Assembly: GCA_040954595.2 (NCBI GenBank)
Contig: CM082579.2
Coordinates: 9,351,625 to 9,415,624, forward strand
Direction of reading: 5' to 3'
DNA length: 64,000 nucleotides
DNA from: Balanoglossus misakiensis
Taxonomy: Eukaryota; Animalia; Hemichordata
Position 1 is the stretch's first letter. Every line of letters starts with the position of its first letter. Positions 12,641 to 25,416 of this stretch are shown here, piece after piece. The notes below the pieces were generated by a model that saw only the letters and a list, made by a program, of their open reading frames with translations, was not told where the DNA came from and ran no database searches. Made by a program: the position numbers and the translations under genes.

Positions 12641-15600
12641 CACGCCTCTATATCTCTCCCGAATCTTACAGTATCACCCAGTGTGAAGACATGTTTCAAC
12701 TGACCCGGTACCAACTGTTTGTGTCTTCTGATGTTGCCAGACACACATTTGCCCGGCCTATTTTCTATCTGTATCATGCGACACTCTCAACTTCCAATTG
12801 CCTGTCAACGGATCTCGACATCGGACATTTCACTCAGTCACACCGACCCATTCTGGACATCCTTATTAATAATAACCCCACACTCGGATCCAGCATTGCT
12901 CTCACACGCCGCACTTGTCTGTGCGGCCTGCCTCTCTCTCAAAAAAATCAGCACGGACGAGACCCCCGGGGGCGCAATCGTGTCTTCCCGTCATGCAGTG
13001 CGCAGAGAGCGCGCGGAGCCGGATTTGTATGGAGGAGACAGCTTCCTTTAAATTTCACTTCATTACGCCAGTAGCCTTAAACCATGTGTTGCAGCTCTAA
13101 ACCGTAATTATTGTTGCTTCATCTAATGGATAATTCGATTGTCGATGACATTTACATCCAGACATATAAGCCATGATTTGAACATTGATCGTGCAGTTAT
13201 TGCATTTTCGATTAATGTCTCCACGAGCTAATTAATTAGTGTACTTTGATCATCCCTTTTAGCGACCCGATTTTTTTTTAAAGCCGGTCGCAGTCGTTAA
13301 AACGAGTGACTTTGGAGAGAAATCGGGTTTGTGAATATGAGAGATCGCGTATTTTCTTCTCGACTCTGTTTGGAGAATACATTTGAATTTAAGAGGGAGA
13401 TATCGCGACGAGTTCTCAAGGATCATCATAAAATCGGGAGAACTTTTCTATCCAACTTTAACTGTGGTGTTTTGATCATTAAAGTGGTGGCGGCGGTGAT
13501 GATGGCGATATTGTACCGTGACGTATCGTCGTGACAGGAGAGCACTCGAATCATTCAAGGCTACACACCAAAGTACTAGCAAACTCTTGCCGCCATTTCC
13601 CCTCTGGAAAACTTGGCTCAAAGTCCTCTGAGGTCCAAGAGCGGCGCGGGGGGAGGGGTTTGATTTACGGCAGAGTGTCCCTCAGTGGGGTCATTTGCGA
13701 GAGAGGAAAAATGAAAAGGCAAGCGAACTCATTTTACCGGGCGCAAGTTCAGTACTGCGCGGGGATTAGTCGTGCTCGTCTCCCGAGCACTCCACTCGAC
13801 GCCATGACGACTCTCCCCCCCCCCCCCGCCATTTTGTGGGAAAGATTCTCGGGTAAGGGTTGTTCTGTAGGGAAGGGGTACTGTCGTGTTTCAAAAATAT
13901 CTCGTTTTAATTACTGTTCCGGGCAATAGCAATATAATTTCTGGCGACAGTGAAATCAAAAGGGGGAAAAAATTGAATATGTATTATTTGTTGCGATCGT
14001 TCATGGTTGACACACACACATGGCCGAGTTTTGTAAATCACATTGAACGTAATAAACCATGTACCAAATACATATTTACATACAATTGTAACACATATGA
14101 ATAATATTTGCATATGTTACATTCGATCATTCTTATCGTTATCTACTTTTATATTGTTATTGCTCACATCATCCATATTGTAATCAGGATTATTTGTTTC
14201 AAGTGTATCGAATTTCTCTCTAGTGCAAATTTCAGACGGACTTCTTTGTGGCGATAACAACATTTTTCCCCTGCATATTCTGCCAATCTTTGAGTAGAAA
14301 ATCAGTCCAGATATTTGATGCCACACTACTTCAGTATTTTAGCATAAATGCGGGGCAATAATTTCAACGCGGGCTTAACGGATCTGTTTAAGATGTTTTT
14401 ATTTCATCTATACAGCAACATAATTATCAGCGATAAAATCGGCGATGTTAATGCAAAATCTGCTGCCCGCTTTCGGCTACAAAAAAATTAAAAGCAATAT
14501 TCATATCCAAATGGAGACGCTAGGCGACTTTGTCTTTATGATGTGGAAATATTCTAGCGATATTTACAGCTTTCCCCGGAATAACGTAAACAGTAATGAT
14601 TAGCGCCTTCGCGGAAAATGGGAAGTGAACGTTAAAATCCCGCGCATTTTGTGTGCGATCTCGTGGGACAACTGCGCAGATCTCGTTCTTCCGTAAAACA
14701 AACACGTTAAGGCAGTTTTATCTGACTTAAGCAGTGTGTTGTGTTTCACCCACTGTATTTAAAAAATACGCGTCGCAATTTCGACTGGTAAACTAGACAT
14801 CAATAGACATTTTCGTATAAAATTTAGAATGGTAGAATGCGTCTAGACAAAACGCGCCGTGCTGGATGATGTAAAATATTACAGAGGCATTGCACACGCG
14901 CACACCCGTTTGAAGGAATCAACACTCCCCTAAACAGAGCGCTATTAACGCTTCTAGACACCGCATCAACGTTTATTTTACAAATTGCACAATTTACATA
15001 AATTGTGGAGAGATATTCTCACTGTAAGGGGGTCAATTTGTTTCTTGTTCTTCACTCCACAGTTTGATGCATTGGCGGTACCGCGGGGCTACAATGATTG
15101 TCGAATTTATAGGCGCAGAGATGCATCCTCGAACCAGCCTGACTACTCCCACAGAGGGTAATTTATCAAGCGCGCGTCCTGCATGAATTTCACCCTACAT
15201 ACAGATGTTCGTCGAGAGACACAGAGACAGCCAGATTTGGCCATATCTTGTCGCTTAGCAACTATTGCTTAATTTAGGCTTGGTCGAATCAGAGTGGAAA
15301 GGGCCTTGGAGCTAGATCAACAGACGGAGAGAAAAATCTGTAGAGTTTCTGATGACATTATAACATAGTCTCGTCTTTCAAGTTTATATACTGGAAAGTA
15401 TTTCCAGCATATTTCAAGTGTGTTTGAAAATATATATCAAATTTCGAAGTAAACAATATGTACAAGTGTATTATTTCATAATTTAAATATGTATACTTTA
15501 ATGTATTTCAGTAAAGTATATATATTTCTATAATGAATTATATGTATATACACTATTTTACAGTATATATTTCTATATATTTCAATATATACGGGTGTGG

Positions 15601-16182
15601 GCTAACAATAACATCTTCAAAATCAGGACGTAGTAAGATAGCTTCCCGTAATCTCGGTCGTACAAAGAACACACCGTAACCCATTCGCTGTTCAAAGTAT
15701 CTGCAGATTGCACTGAGCTGTAGATGTCATTACTAGCCTTGACTGCAGGTGTTATCGCATTCTCGGCATTCAGTGTGCAAACGAGTGAACCCACTAAACT
15801 CTGCATTGTATTCGCCCCATTTTCCCTGTGCATAGATGTGCCGGACGTAGCAGCGGAACTCGGTGAATGGACGCCGGAATCAATTGGCCCGCACAGCGAG
15901 GCAAGCATGGCTGTTTCCGTTCATTTGGGTTTTTAATTTTTCCCGTCTCACTCAGCAGAGGACATTGCTGCAGAGTTGTGCCGTGCAAAGCTCGAACAAG
16001 GAACTCTGTTCCAACGGGAAATCATCACCCTATAGTCCCTCCGACGTTGTTGTTGTTGTTGTGGGTACGATGTCGCCTTGTGAAACTATGTCTCTACATA
16101 TCTGTCTGCCCGTGTTCTCCTGTTTGTGATACAAACACAAACAAGAAGGCAGGAAATACACATTCATACGTACACACACGTA

Positions 16183-16391
<209 letters not shown>

Positions 16392-18001
16392 CATTGTGAT
16401 AGTGTTTGCGTGCGTTTGTAAGCGATGGTTTGTAAGAGCTATCGAAATACGGAAATATTTCGTGAATGCAGAGAGTCTCTACAGATCTAATTGAAATATA
16501 AAAAAAAAACTGTTTTCTTGGAGCTGCTCTTGTGATGTCAGAAAGTGGTAAGGACTCAGAGGCGATTTCTCTGTTCAAGCTATCCAGAATATAGCGCCCC
16601 GTGACTTCTGCTGGCAGGCATAAGGTCTGTTAAATAGAAAATTAATAATTAACACAACAAGACAATCCGGTATAGATGGACCAATTGCCTTTAAATTTGT
16701 TTCCAGTTATTAATTTGATTGAGAAATTTATATACCTAAATTATTGAAATGCTCCTTGGATATGCCTGTGTACGTGTAGGGTGGGAAGCGGTGAGTTGTG
16801 TTTTGAGCGTACCGCGGGAATGGCGGGAACAAGGAAAGTCCCATTGTTAGAGTGCGACCATGATGCTTGTGTATTGCTACCGAGGTAGATTGGTGCAGCC
16901 AGTACCTTGATTACATGCGTATTGCCCTAAGCCTCGCCAGCGGTTTCGCAATTTTATAAATTACATAAATTTTGAATGGGAAAATTCCTCTCCCGCCCGG
17001 TGTCGGGTTACAGATATGGAGACCGCTCCCGCTTTTTTTCGAGAGCGCGAACGGCGCGCATCGTCCAATATCGAAGTGTCTGTCGCGTAACCGCTTTTCC
17101 TGTGGTCCCCACTCCCGTCTTTACAGGCTTGCATAATCATTTAATTAAAGGCTATGATCACAAATTAGTTCGCCTAATCGCAATGTATCAGTCAATTTGA
17201 ATCAATGTGGACGTCATTAATGAATTTGATTTGAAACAGAATCGGTCGGAATAAGGAGATTAGTGTACGTATTGCTACTCTGCACCGTCAAGCTGTCAAC
17301 TTCGATGATCTTTCTTCCCCCCCCCCCCCCCATCTCTCTATCTCTCTCTCTTCGTGCGCGCATACAAAATCTCTCTCTCTCTACACACCCAAGCTATCCA
17401 TCCTCGTTTTGTTAGAAAAGGGTTTGGAATCGTTCAAAACTGTACATTTGAAAATGGACGCACGTTAGAGAGCGATCGTGCGGATCACAGACTATACGGC
17501 ACGCGATCAACAACGATAAAAAAATCAGTCACCGACTTAACTTCTCAAATTCCCCCTCATTAAAAACGTCTTTCAATTTTCACAGCACTGCGTTAACAAT
17601 GGTAGCCTTCTGACCAAGGCGTACCACAAAAAATATTTTTTTTTCTCTATTGTGATAGCAGGTTTTATTTTAAGGTGATATCTGCCTACGCGAAAAAAAA
17701 AAAGAGTTGACGACAAGCCTACACTTTGTGGTCTGTTACATACGACAGGTGTGCAATGGACAAAGATCACGCCGATTCGATTTCGATGTTTACGGATGGC
17801 TTGTTTGACGTGTTTGGTGAATGCATTTACAAACGGCGGAGTCGGTGCACACGATAACATCAGATCACCGTGCAGCAAGACCGTGTTCGCTCTATTAAGA
17901 ACGGGGTCTGTCAGAATGCGAGCACAGAGGGGAAATACATTTGGCTTATCTGAATACACTAAGTGAAGAAAATATTTTAGCGCAATCATTAGACATCTAT
18001 A

Positions 18002-18290
18002 ATCATAGATATCTATAATAATAATAATTATTATGTATACACTATATATGCACACTATATATTCACTATATATGCACACTATATATTCACTATATATACA
18101 CACTATATATTATCATAGATATCTATAATAATAATTATATATACACTGTATATGTACACAATATATACACACTATACTGTATATGTATAAATAATGAAAT
18201 AAAATAAAAACACATTTATATATATATATAAGTGAAGTATATATATACATATGTATCTATATATGTGTGTGTACATGTATGTGTGTGTGT
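18002..18290 (+). repeat. AT-rich minisatellite/low-complexity region: 12/24-bp cactatatat units within a ~110-bp duplication (atcatagatatctataataataat at 18002 and 18112)
   Basis: Read directly from the sequence. Confidence 0.85.
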
Positions 18291-20512
18291 GGTTTTATTT
18301 CATTTCATTATTTACTCAATATTTTATTTATTTATTTAGTATTATCCTATACGTGCGCTCGGAATAAATATTTATATAGGCAACGTGTTTTATCGCCTAA
18401 TAATCACTGCAGTTTTGCAGAATAAACTGTCAATATTTCGAGAGGTTTACCTGTTGGTGTGTATACAGAATGTGGTGCATTTTAAAACAGCCGCTTTCAA
18501 ATTACTCATGAATGGCAATCGCCCTGTGTTTAGAATTTTTAAAAATATGGAATAATGGATTTAATCATGTAAATTGAAGTGTCAATTAGGCTGCATAATT
18601 AATCAGTTTCCTCGCCCATTCGGGCGTTCATTTTTTTATTGAAGGAAGCCAGACTCGGGCTTCTGTTTTAGGTGTGATCTTGCAAATTGACATTGTGTCG
18701 CGCGTAAATGACATCAGCGCGGCTCTTGAAGTTTGTCTCAGCGACTCGCGTTGACAGCAGCGGTTCTATTTTATCGGACAACATCGACGGTCCGTTACAA
18801 ACACTTTCGTGTGTCAAAGCCAGGACGGTTCTAGTGATGTGAGAGAATTTGACCTCGCCTCCATAGTACCGGAGTCATTTGGAACAGAGAGACACATTCC
18901 GAGCCGGGCGAGGAGCACGTACCACTGCACATTCGTGATCATGCGCGACGCGAGTCCGAGACAAAAAATGCTCACTGCCCGGTACATACACCGGAGAGAT
19001 AATCATTTGGCAATTATCGCGCAGGACCGATAGAACGGCAATGTAAACAATTATAGAATTAGTAAATGGTCGCTTCTTTTTCATTAATATTATTCAGAGC
19101 TGCGTCTATAAGGACAAGTGGTGCATGGTGTGCAACGGTGCGCTGCGACGGAGGTTGGAGAAAGAGAGAGAGAGAGAGTGTGTGTGTAACAGTGGCATTC
19201 GTGGGCATTCTGTCAACGAATTCAGGGTCTGTTGGCCGCGGCTCTTGTTTATCCCGTGACTAAAATAGTACCGGTGGATAACAGGGGTTTTTCTTTAATG
19301 CCAACATTGTTTGTCGTCGCCCTGAAGAGTTGGAATTCTCTACTGGTTGGCTGCTCTGCTCGCGTAATCAGTCTAAGAGGAACGTGACCAGGGTGCGCAA
19401 GCGAGTCGCTATGGCACCGTAGAGACCTAACTGGAAATCCTCCAATACTTAGAGGAAGTCTATAGCGACCGGGCGATGAAACGACTGCTTCTGACCTTAT
19501 CACTGTCAATACGCTTTATCTCTGTCCACAATCGAGTATTGATAATAAAATTTTTCCAAATGTTAAAAACTAGACCAGGAGACGGCGCGTGTGCCGCGAT
19601 ACATCGCGCATGCCCCGTCGGAGACCATTCACGGCAGCCGGTGACAAATTTGCTTATTGTGTCGTTGTGTCAACACACGCCAGTTACTCGAGTGAGTGTG
19701 TGCTTTACTGAACACACAATAATTCCAATCATTTTTCACCTCGCCTCCTTGTTAACTTTGACCGTGGAGACGCATCGAATTTGTCTGTGCGTGACCCTTC
19801 CCGGTGAAACAAAAAAGTGCCTCGCAGAACAACTCGTTTCATGAACAAATATCATTGATCGCGTTTTATCTTGTCACAACTTTGGTGAAAAAAAATATCA
19901 TCCCCAAGTAAACAAGGTTGCCCTACCGCGTTGACTTCGAAGATTTTCCCACAATTCTTCACGGTTACGACGCGGATATAATTTATAACCCAAACATCCC
20001 CTATTCGCACCACACTATAAACAAAACGCCAAGTCACAGGGAAAGTTTAGCCGAGTCGAATTTTGGAAGATAAATGGCAATTTTGACCAAACTGCACGAA
20101 ATTGCACATAACACAAAAATAAACGTTAACTGTGAATCCAACCACACGCAGTGTGAACACGACGTCGCAGTTATTTTCGTCATATTTTTGACCTGCGCGC
20201 GGGGGGGGGGGGTCGTATCTTGCTGTTGACGCGCGATTTCGTGGATTTTTTTGTGGTGGCTGTGTGTTGATTGCGACGTGATGACTCGATTCCCCGCCAA
20301 GCAAAACGGTCGCCGTTATGCGAACATAACTGGGTGTTTGGGATTCTTGTTAGACCTTGTAACGCCGACGACATGAGTTGTGGCCTCTATTAGGACTAAT
20401 CCGCAGAAGATAGAAATTAATGAATAAAATTATCACTTTTTGTGGAGTCAGAATAAACGAACGGAAACAGGTGCGATATTTTCATAATGGTGCTTTTTCC
20501 TTTTTGTTACTT

Positions 20513-20608
20513 CCTTCTCTCTCTCCCTCTCTGTCTCTCTCAGTCTCTCTCTCTCTGTCTCTCTCTCTGTCTCTGTCTCTTTCTCTCGCTCTCTCTCTCT
20601 TCTCTGTC
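20513..20608 (+). repeat. (CT)n-rich microsatellite
   Basis: Read directly from the sequence. Confidence 0.88.
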
Positions 20609-21606
20609 ACACACATATATACAAGCGCCATCAATCATCATTCTTTGCTGTTAGCATTATCAAATAAAACACATATGATCTTGATATAAATATTTCATCG
20701 GAATTCCTCACATCCATTTTGTTGTTTTGTATTGCGTATTTTCCTGCCCATGATTTATTTCCTCGCCTTTTTTTTCAGCCGACTGACAGCGGTTCCGGGT
20801 TTTGCATAAACGCGCACTATATTGAGTATGTAAATAAAAAGTGCGTCTAGCTAGTCGCGGCGTGTATCGCTTAACGTCGGTGGTAGAGGAAGGTGCCGTT
20901 ATTATTGTCTGTCGGTTAACAGGAAAGCATCTGTCCCGGAATAGATGGGCATATGCACCGATGGTGTCTCTGCGTTTTCAAACCGGGCTATCTCAGTTTA
21001 CTCTAATAGGGGCCGCGTATTTTTTTTTGAAAAGCCACCCTTCAGGGAATACTCTAGCTCCTCGCCGTATCTTGGCGGGCTGCGCAGTCAAGACACGGTG
21101 CATGTGGAAGGAAGCTGCCGCCGCCCGCTTGTCGGATGCAGCCCCGGCTGATAATAGTAGGGGCAGCGAATACGGGACACGCGCCCATTCAACTGGCTTC
21201 AATGTACCGTCTTGTTTGGAGGCTTCTGGGGTTACGCCGCTGCATTCACGTTGATAAGGATCTCTCTCTTCTACCATAATTGACTAAATAAACCTTTTAA
21301 AGCGCTTTCACTGGCTTTTCAGCGCGCCGAGCAGAACGATGTTTTTCAGTCAATACCCGTGTTTGTGAAGCGACCGTGGGGATGGGCCTTATCCCCAGGG
21401 TTGGACGCCTACCCCGAGTAGCTGACGTTGTGAAGCCGTGCACTGACCTCCGGTGGCGGAGGCAGGTTAAGTGATAACGGTCTCTGATACGCCGTCTCTA
21501 GCCACTGTTTTGCCAATCAAACAATGATAGGGAAAATGCATCCCTTGTCACAGTGTCCCCTTTGCGAGATAACACAACAGCAGAAAACACAAAAACGTCA
21601 ACTTGA

Positions 21607-21616
21607 TCTCTCTCCT

Positions 21617-21648
<32 letters not shown>

Positions 21649-21668
21649 ACTCTCTCTCTTTCTCTCTC
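21607..21668 (+). repeat. (C)n/(CT)n microsatellite
   Basis: Read directly from the sequence. Confidence 0.88.
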
Positions 21669-21889
21669 GTCATTACTGCGCCATCCCATCGTAATCACCA
21701 CTCACTTTCCTGCCAACCATAAATTTTCGCCGTTTTGCATCTATTGCAATATTTCCCATACGCCCGTTCCTATTTTTATGACTTAATTAATTGCTTTCAT
21801 GAGCGAAACATTTTCGCAGAAATAATGATATCTGCTATTGCTTTGTACGCTTGCCGTCCCTGGGGGGGACCCGACTACAGATCAGTAAA

Positions 21890-21963
21890 AAATAACTGAC
21901 GAAAACAGAGGCGATGGAAACAGGAAGCGAAAGCTCTCGTCAAGTCAATAAATGTGTTTTATT
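21890..21963 (-). terminator. Probable POU4 polyadenylation signal with downstream U/GU-rich element
   Basis: TTTATT at 21958-21963 (+) is AATAAA on minus. It is preceded by very U-rich sequence (tgtatattttgctttgatttt) and followed by ctttcgcttcctgtttcc...ctctgttttcgtcagttattttt. Confidence 0.6.
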
Positions 21964-23202
21964 GAAACAAGCTTGATCATGTAACTATTTAAAATCAAAG
22001 CAAAATATACATTTTCAGCATGAAATAAAAACAAAATAAAAATATATTTGCAGAAAAACCAACCAAACAAACAAACGAACATAAAATAAGTACATATCCC
22101 TTCCTTACTTCGCAATGGGTGAAGCGAATTTAAACAAGGTCTTTAAGAGCACAGTGCCTTTTGTTGTACAATACAAACATCATATCAAAAATTTAAGTAA
22201 ACTCAAGGTTGCTTTGGGATTTTTGACAGCCTATACCCTCCACACTTCCGCTTTGTTTGTTTTGATCACGCCAGAAAAAAAGCAAACTCCACCCGTATAG
22301 ATAGATGTGCACACGAAGGACTCAGTGAAAGTGCGATTCGGGCTCTCTCGGCTTGAAAGCGTCGTGTCTGCGTGCCACGCACACACACACGGTGGCCCGT
22401 TCGGGTACGCACACTCTTCGTTCTGCACTGCGAGAGGACCATAGATGTGTGTGTACTCGATGCGGCAACACTAAGTGGCCCGGCTACTTTTAGTAATGGG
22501 GGACGCACGCACGGCCTAATGGCTACTATAATAGGCTAAATGTAACCCATTACGAAAACACGTGCGAATGTCGTTTTCAGTCAAAAAACTCGTTTCTTAT
22601 GTTTATAACGTAATATCGTTATATTTAACGTCGTTTTTGTTGAGCCGGCCTCCTAAAGTGGAAGTCAACGCAGAGGGGGAAAAAACTAAGTGCACACGCA
22701 CACGCTCACACTTAAGACAACACTTATGGCAAGTATAAATATATACACAGAGGGAAAAAAAATCTTCAATTTCACTCGAGTCTGCATGTCCTATAGATTC
22801 AATCTTGGTAGAAATATATTATGGAATCGGAGAGTATTCTGATATGTAATAGTCAAAAAATTTCTACGGTGAAATTTACATTAACATGTCACTGATAAAT
22901 TACCCCTTATCTGGTTTGGAGTAGGGAAAATAATTGCCTTCGCTCCGATGCGAAAACCCGTGAAAACCCCCATCGGAATTGTCTACTATTTCCGCTGTGG
23001 AGTGACTGAGCTTGTAGCCATGGCAAACAAGAGGCGACCAACACACTGCAGCGTCGTTTTTAATATACAGTGGCATACAATTTGTTTCTGTTTCAATAGC
23101 AATTTCGGATATCCGCCTGCACCCTGCGCAAATATTGCTATGTACACAATACATACATCAAATCAAACGCGTGGGTTTCTCTTGTTGGGACGGCTCGCTC
23201 TA

Positions 23203-23242
<40 letters not shown>

Positions 23243-24236
23243 TCACTCACTCTCTCTCTCTCTCTTTCTCTCCCCCCCCCCCTCTCTCTCTCTCTCAGAG
23301 TCACGATAAACGACTTAACATCCGCGCGCATTAATGACATCGATCAGTGTAATACAGCATACAAATTCACTTATAAGTAACATATGAATTCTCCTAATAA
23401 CACTATCAATGGTACACAGAACGCAATTTGGGGGAGATCAACGGCCGTGATAGATGGCTCGGTCACATTGTAGACGAATTATTCGAATCTCTTGCTTCCC
23501 TCCCTCCCTCCCTCCCTCTCTTTTTGTGGGGGTGTGCAAGGGAAGTCGTGATCGAGCTTCTAAGCAGCTAGGGCCCTCAACGTATACACGCAGCACAACA
23601 CAACGCACACAGGCCATCTCAGCTCAGCCATCCACTTTCCATAATCCCAAATACTTTTGCCAAATCTACATATAGATTAACATAACACCCTCGACTGCTC
23701 ATCGATAATCTATTGTTTTGAAGCACAGAAGATGGCCCCGCGACAATGGCGTCCAAACTGTCCCGCTCAACATGTCTTTTTGTGTTGTCTTTCTTTCAAG
23801 CACATATCACTATGACAAGTGCGTGAAAGGGTCGGGCCGAAACCGCGCGCCTCTTTTTGACATATAACACTTTTTTTTATCTAAAAACGTTTCAGTTTTC
23901 CCGTGTATTAAAAATTCGATCGTACAGTGCAATAAATTAATATAATAAAAAAGATATATAATATATATACTTTCCTTGAAATTAATGTAGGTTCCTTGAA
24001 GAATAACGAAATACTGATAACCATTTTATACAAAATAAGGTGCCAAACTCATAAAAATATCACAATCTCACCACCACGGTCAGTCAATGGAAAATGTTAC
24101 TGAAATTTTTACAGTACCGCAACGACAGCTCATGACTGTGTCCGGCGATCGTCTCGGCTACTTTTCCACGGCTTCGTCGAAAAAACAAGAGTTTGCCCCT
24201 TTTCATACAATCAGAAAAAAGTTATGTTCTAGTCCA
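21940..24236 (-). other. Probable POU4 3'UTR (~2.3 kb)
   Basis: Runs from the stop codon to the first canonical AATAAA I found on the minus strand, with U-rich tracts and TGTA motifs. A weaker ATTAAA lies at 23059-23064. Confidence 0.55.
23197..23296 (+). repeat. (CT)n(CA)n(CT)n microsatellite within the POU4 3'UTR; reads (GA)n/(UG)n in the mRNA
   Basis: Read directly from the sequence. Confidence 0.9.
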
Positions 24237-25106
24237 TCACCTGGGCTGGGCGGAGAATTTCATCCTCTTCTGTTTTTGCCTCTGGTTGCAGAACCAGACT
24301 CTGACGACGTTTTTCTTAAGGTCCAACTTCTCGGCGATGGCGGCAATCTTTTCGCTCGACGGTCGCGGCTGAACGGCGAAGTAGGCCTCCAGCGACCTCT
24401 TCTCGGGTGCGGCGATGCTGGTGCGTTTGCGCTTCTTCTCGCCGTTGTTGAATATGTCGGGGTTTTTCTCCTTGCTCTTGGCCGACTTCTCGGCCTCCTC
24501 CAGCCAGGCCATGAGTATCGGCTTCAGCGCGATCATGTTGTTGTGGCTGAGTGTCAGCGACTCGAAGCGGCATATCGTGCTCTGGCTGAGCGAGCCGACG
24601 CCCGGCAACTTCAGGTTGCCCAGCGCGTTCCCGACGTCGGCCTGGGTCACGCCGAGCTTGATGCGCCGCTGCTTGAAGTGTTCCGCGAACGCCTCCAACT
24701 CGCGCGGGTCCGTGTCCAGGTCGGTCATGCCGTGCGGCATCATGGAGTGGGGTCCGGCTAGTCCGTGCGGCCCGGTCGGAACGCCCATGTGGCCCTGGTG
24801 GTGGGACGACATGGCCATGGAGGTGATGGTGTCGCCGATGCTGGTCAGCGGCATGGACGTGGCCATGCTGATGGCCATCGGGTCGCCCAGCAGACTCTCG
24901 CCGTGGTCGTAGCCGCCGTGGACACCTCGCGGGGTGGGCGCCGACATGTGGGGGTGGTGGTTGCCACCGTTCATGTGTGAGAAGCCCCCGTCGTTCTTAA
25001 AACTCATGCCGGGCGGTCCCTTCGACATGTTCGACACGGCATCCACTGCGGCCAGAGCCTCCGCTCGTGCTAGTAAGCTATCATCCAGGCCGCCGAATAT
25101 ATTGCT
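24237..25106 (-). CDS. POU4: POU class IV homeobox transcription factor (Brn3/unc-86/acj6 family), coding exon 2: C-terminal part of the POU-IV box, POU-specific domain and POU homeodomain
   Basis: The translation begins SNIFGGLDDSLLARAEALAAVD (POU-IV box). The POU-specific domain DLDTDPRELEAFAEHFKQRRIKLGVTQADVG...SLSQSTICRFESLTLSHNNMIALKPILMAWLEEAE lies at ~24722-24489. The homeodomain KKRKRTSIAAPEKRSLEAYFAVQPRPSSEKIAAIAEKLDLKKNVVRVWFCNQRQKQKRMK is class-IV diagnostic. Acceptor is ttgcaatttcacag|AGC at 25107/25106 and stop TGA is at 24239-24237. The first 22 aa of the listed 24237..25172 ORF are intronic. Confidence 0.98.
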   Translation of the reverse strand, partial: SNIFGGLDDSLLARAEALAAVDAVSNMSKGPPGMSFKNDGGFSHMNGGNHHPHMSAPTPRGVHGGYDHGESLLGDPMAISMATSMPLTSIGDTITSMAMSSHHQGHMGVPTGPHGLAGPHSMMPHGMTDLDTDPRELEAFAEHFKQRRIKLGVTQADVGNALGNLKLPGVGSLSQSTICRFESLTLSHNNMIALKPILMAWLEEAEKSAKSKEKNPDIFNNGEKKRKRTSIAAPEKRSLEAYFAVQPRPSSEKIAAIAEKLDLKKNVVRVWFCNQRQKQKRMKFSAQPR

Positions 25107-25416
25107 CTGTGAAATTGCAAATAGATGCGAGTCATTCAGGAGGGAATTCTGATAAGGCAGCGTTTTACACACAGCCGGAATAAAATTCCGACTTGGGTCA
25201 TAAAATATGAAACAGTGTATACATAAATAACGTTGAGAGCAAAACGACGAGTGATCGCTTAAATGTTATGGATATTCGCCAATGAAAACAACATTAGGGG
25301 TAGAACAAGTCAGAGAGCCGCGATCCCGTCTCACTTGTGTCTATATTTTGTTTCTATCTCTCTCTCACTCTCTCTCTCTCTCTTTCTCCTTCTTCTGGAT
25401 TAAGATGTATACATAC
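25107..25416 (-). other. POU4 intron, 310 nt, GT-AG, phase 0
   Basis: Donor GTATGT and acceptor atttgcaatttcacAG. Removing it restores a contiguous POU-IV box, at the position I recall for vertebrate Pou4f genes. Confidence 0.92.

Noticed and set aside
24087-24980. Plus-strand ORFs (224, 165 and 71 aa) antisense to POU4 exon 2
   Set aside because: These are shadow ORFs. The 224-aa one is codon-in-register with the GC3-rich POU4 CDS, which largely avoids TTA, CTA and TCA codons, and it has no recognisable domain.
25107-25172. ORF-track N-terminus MCKTLPYQ... for POU4
   Set aside because: It starts at a non-ATG codon inside the intron. The true N-terminus is exon 1 at 25548.
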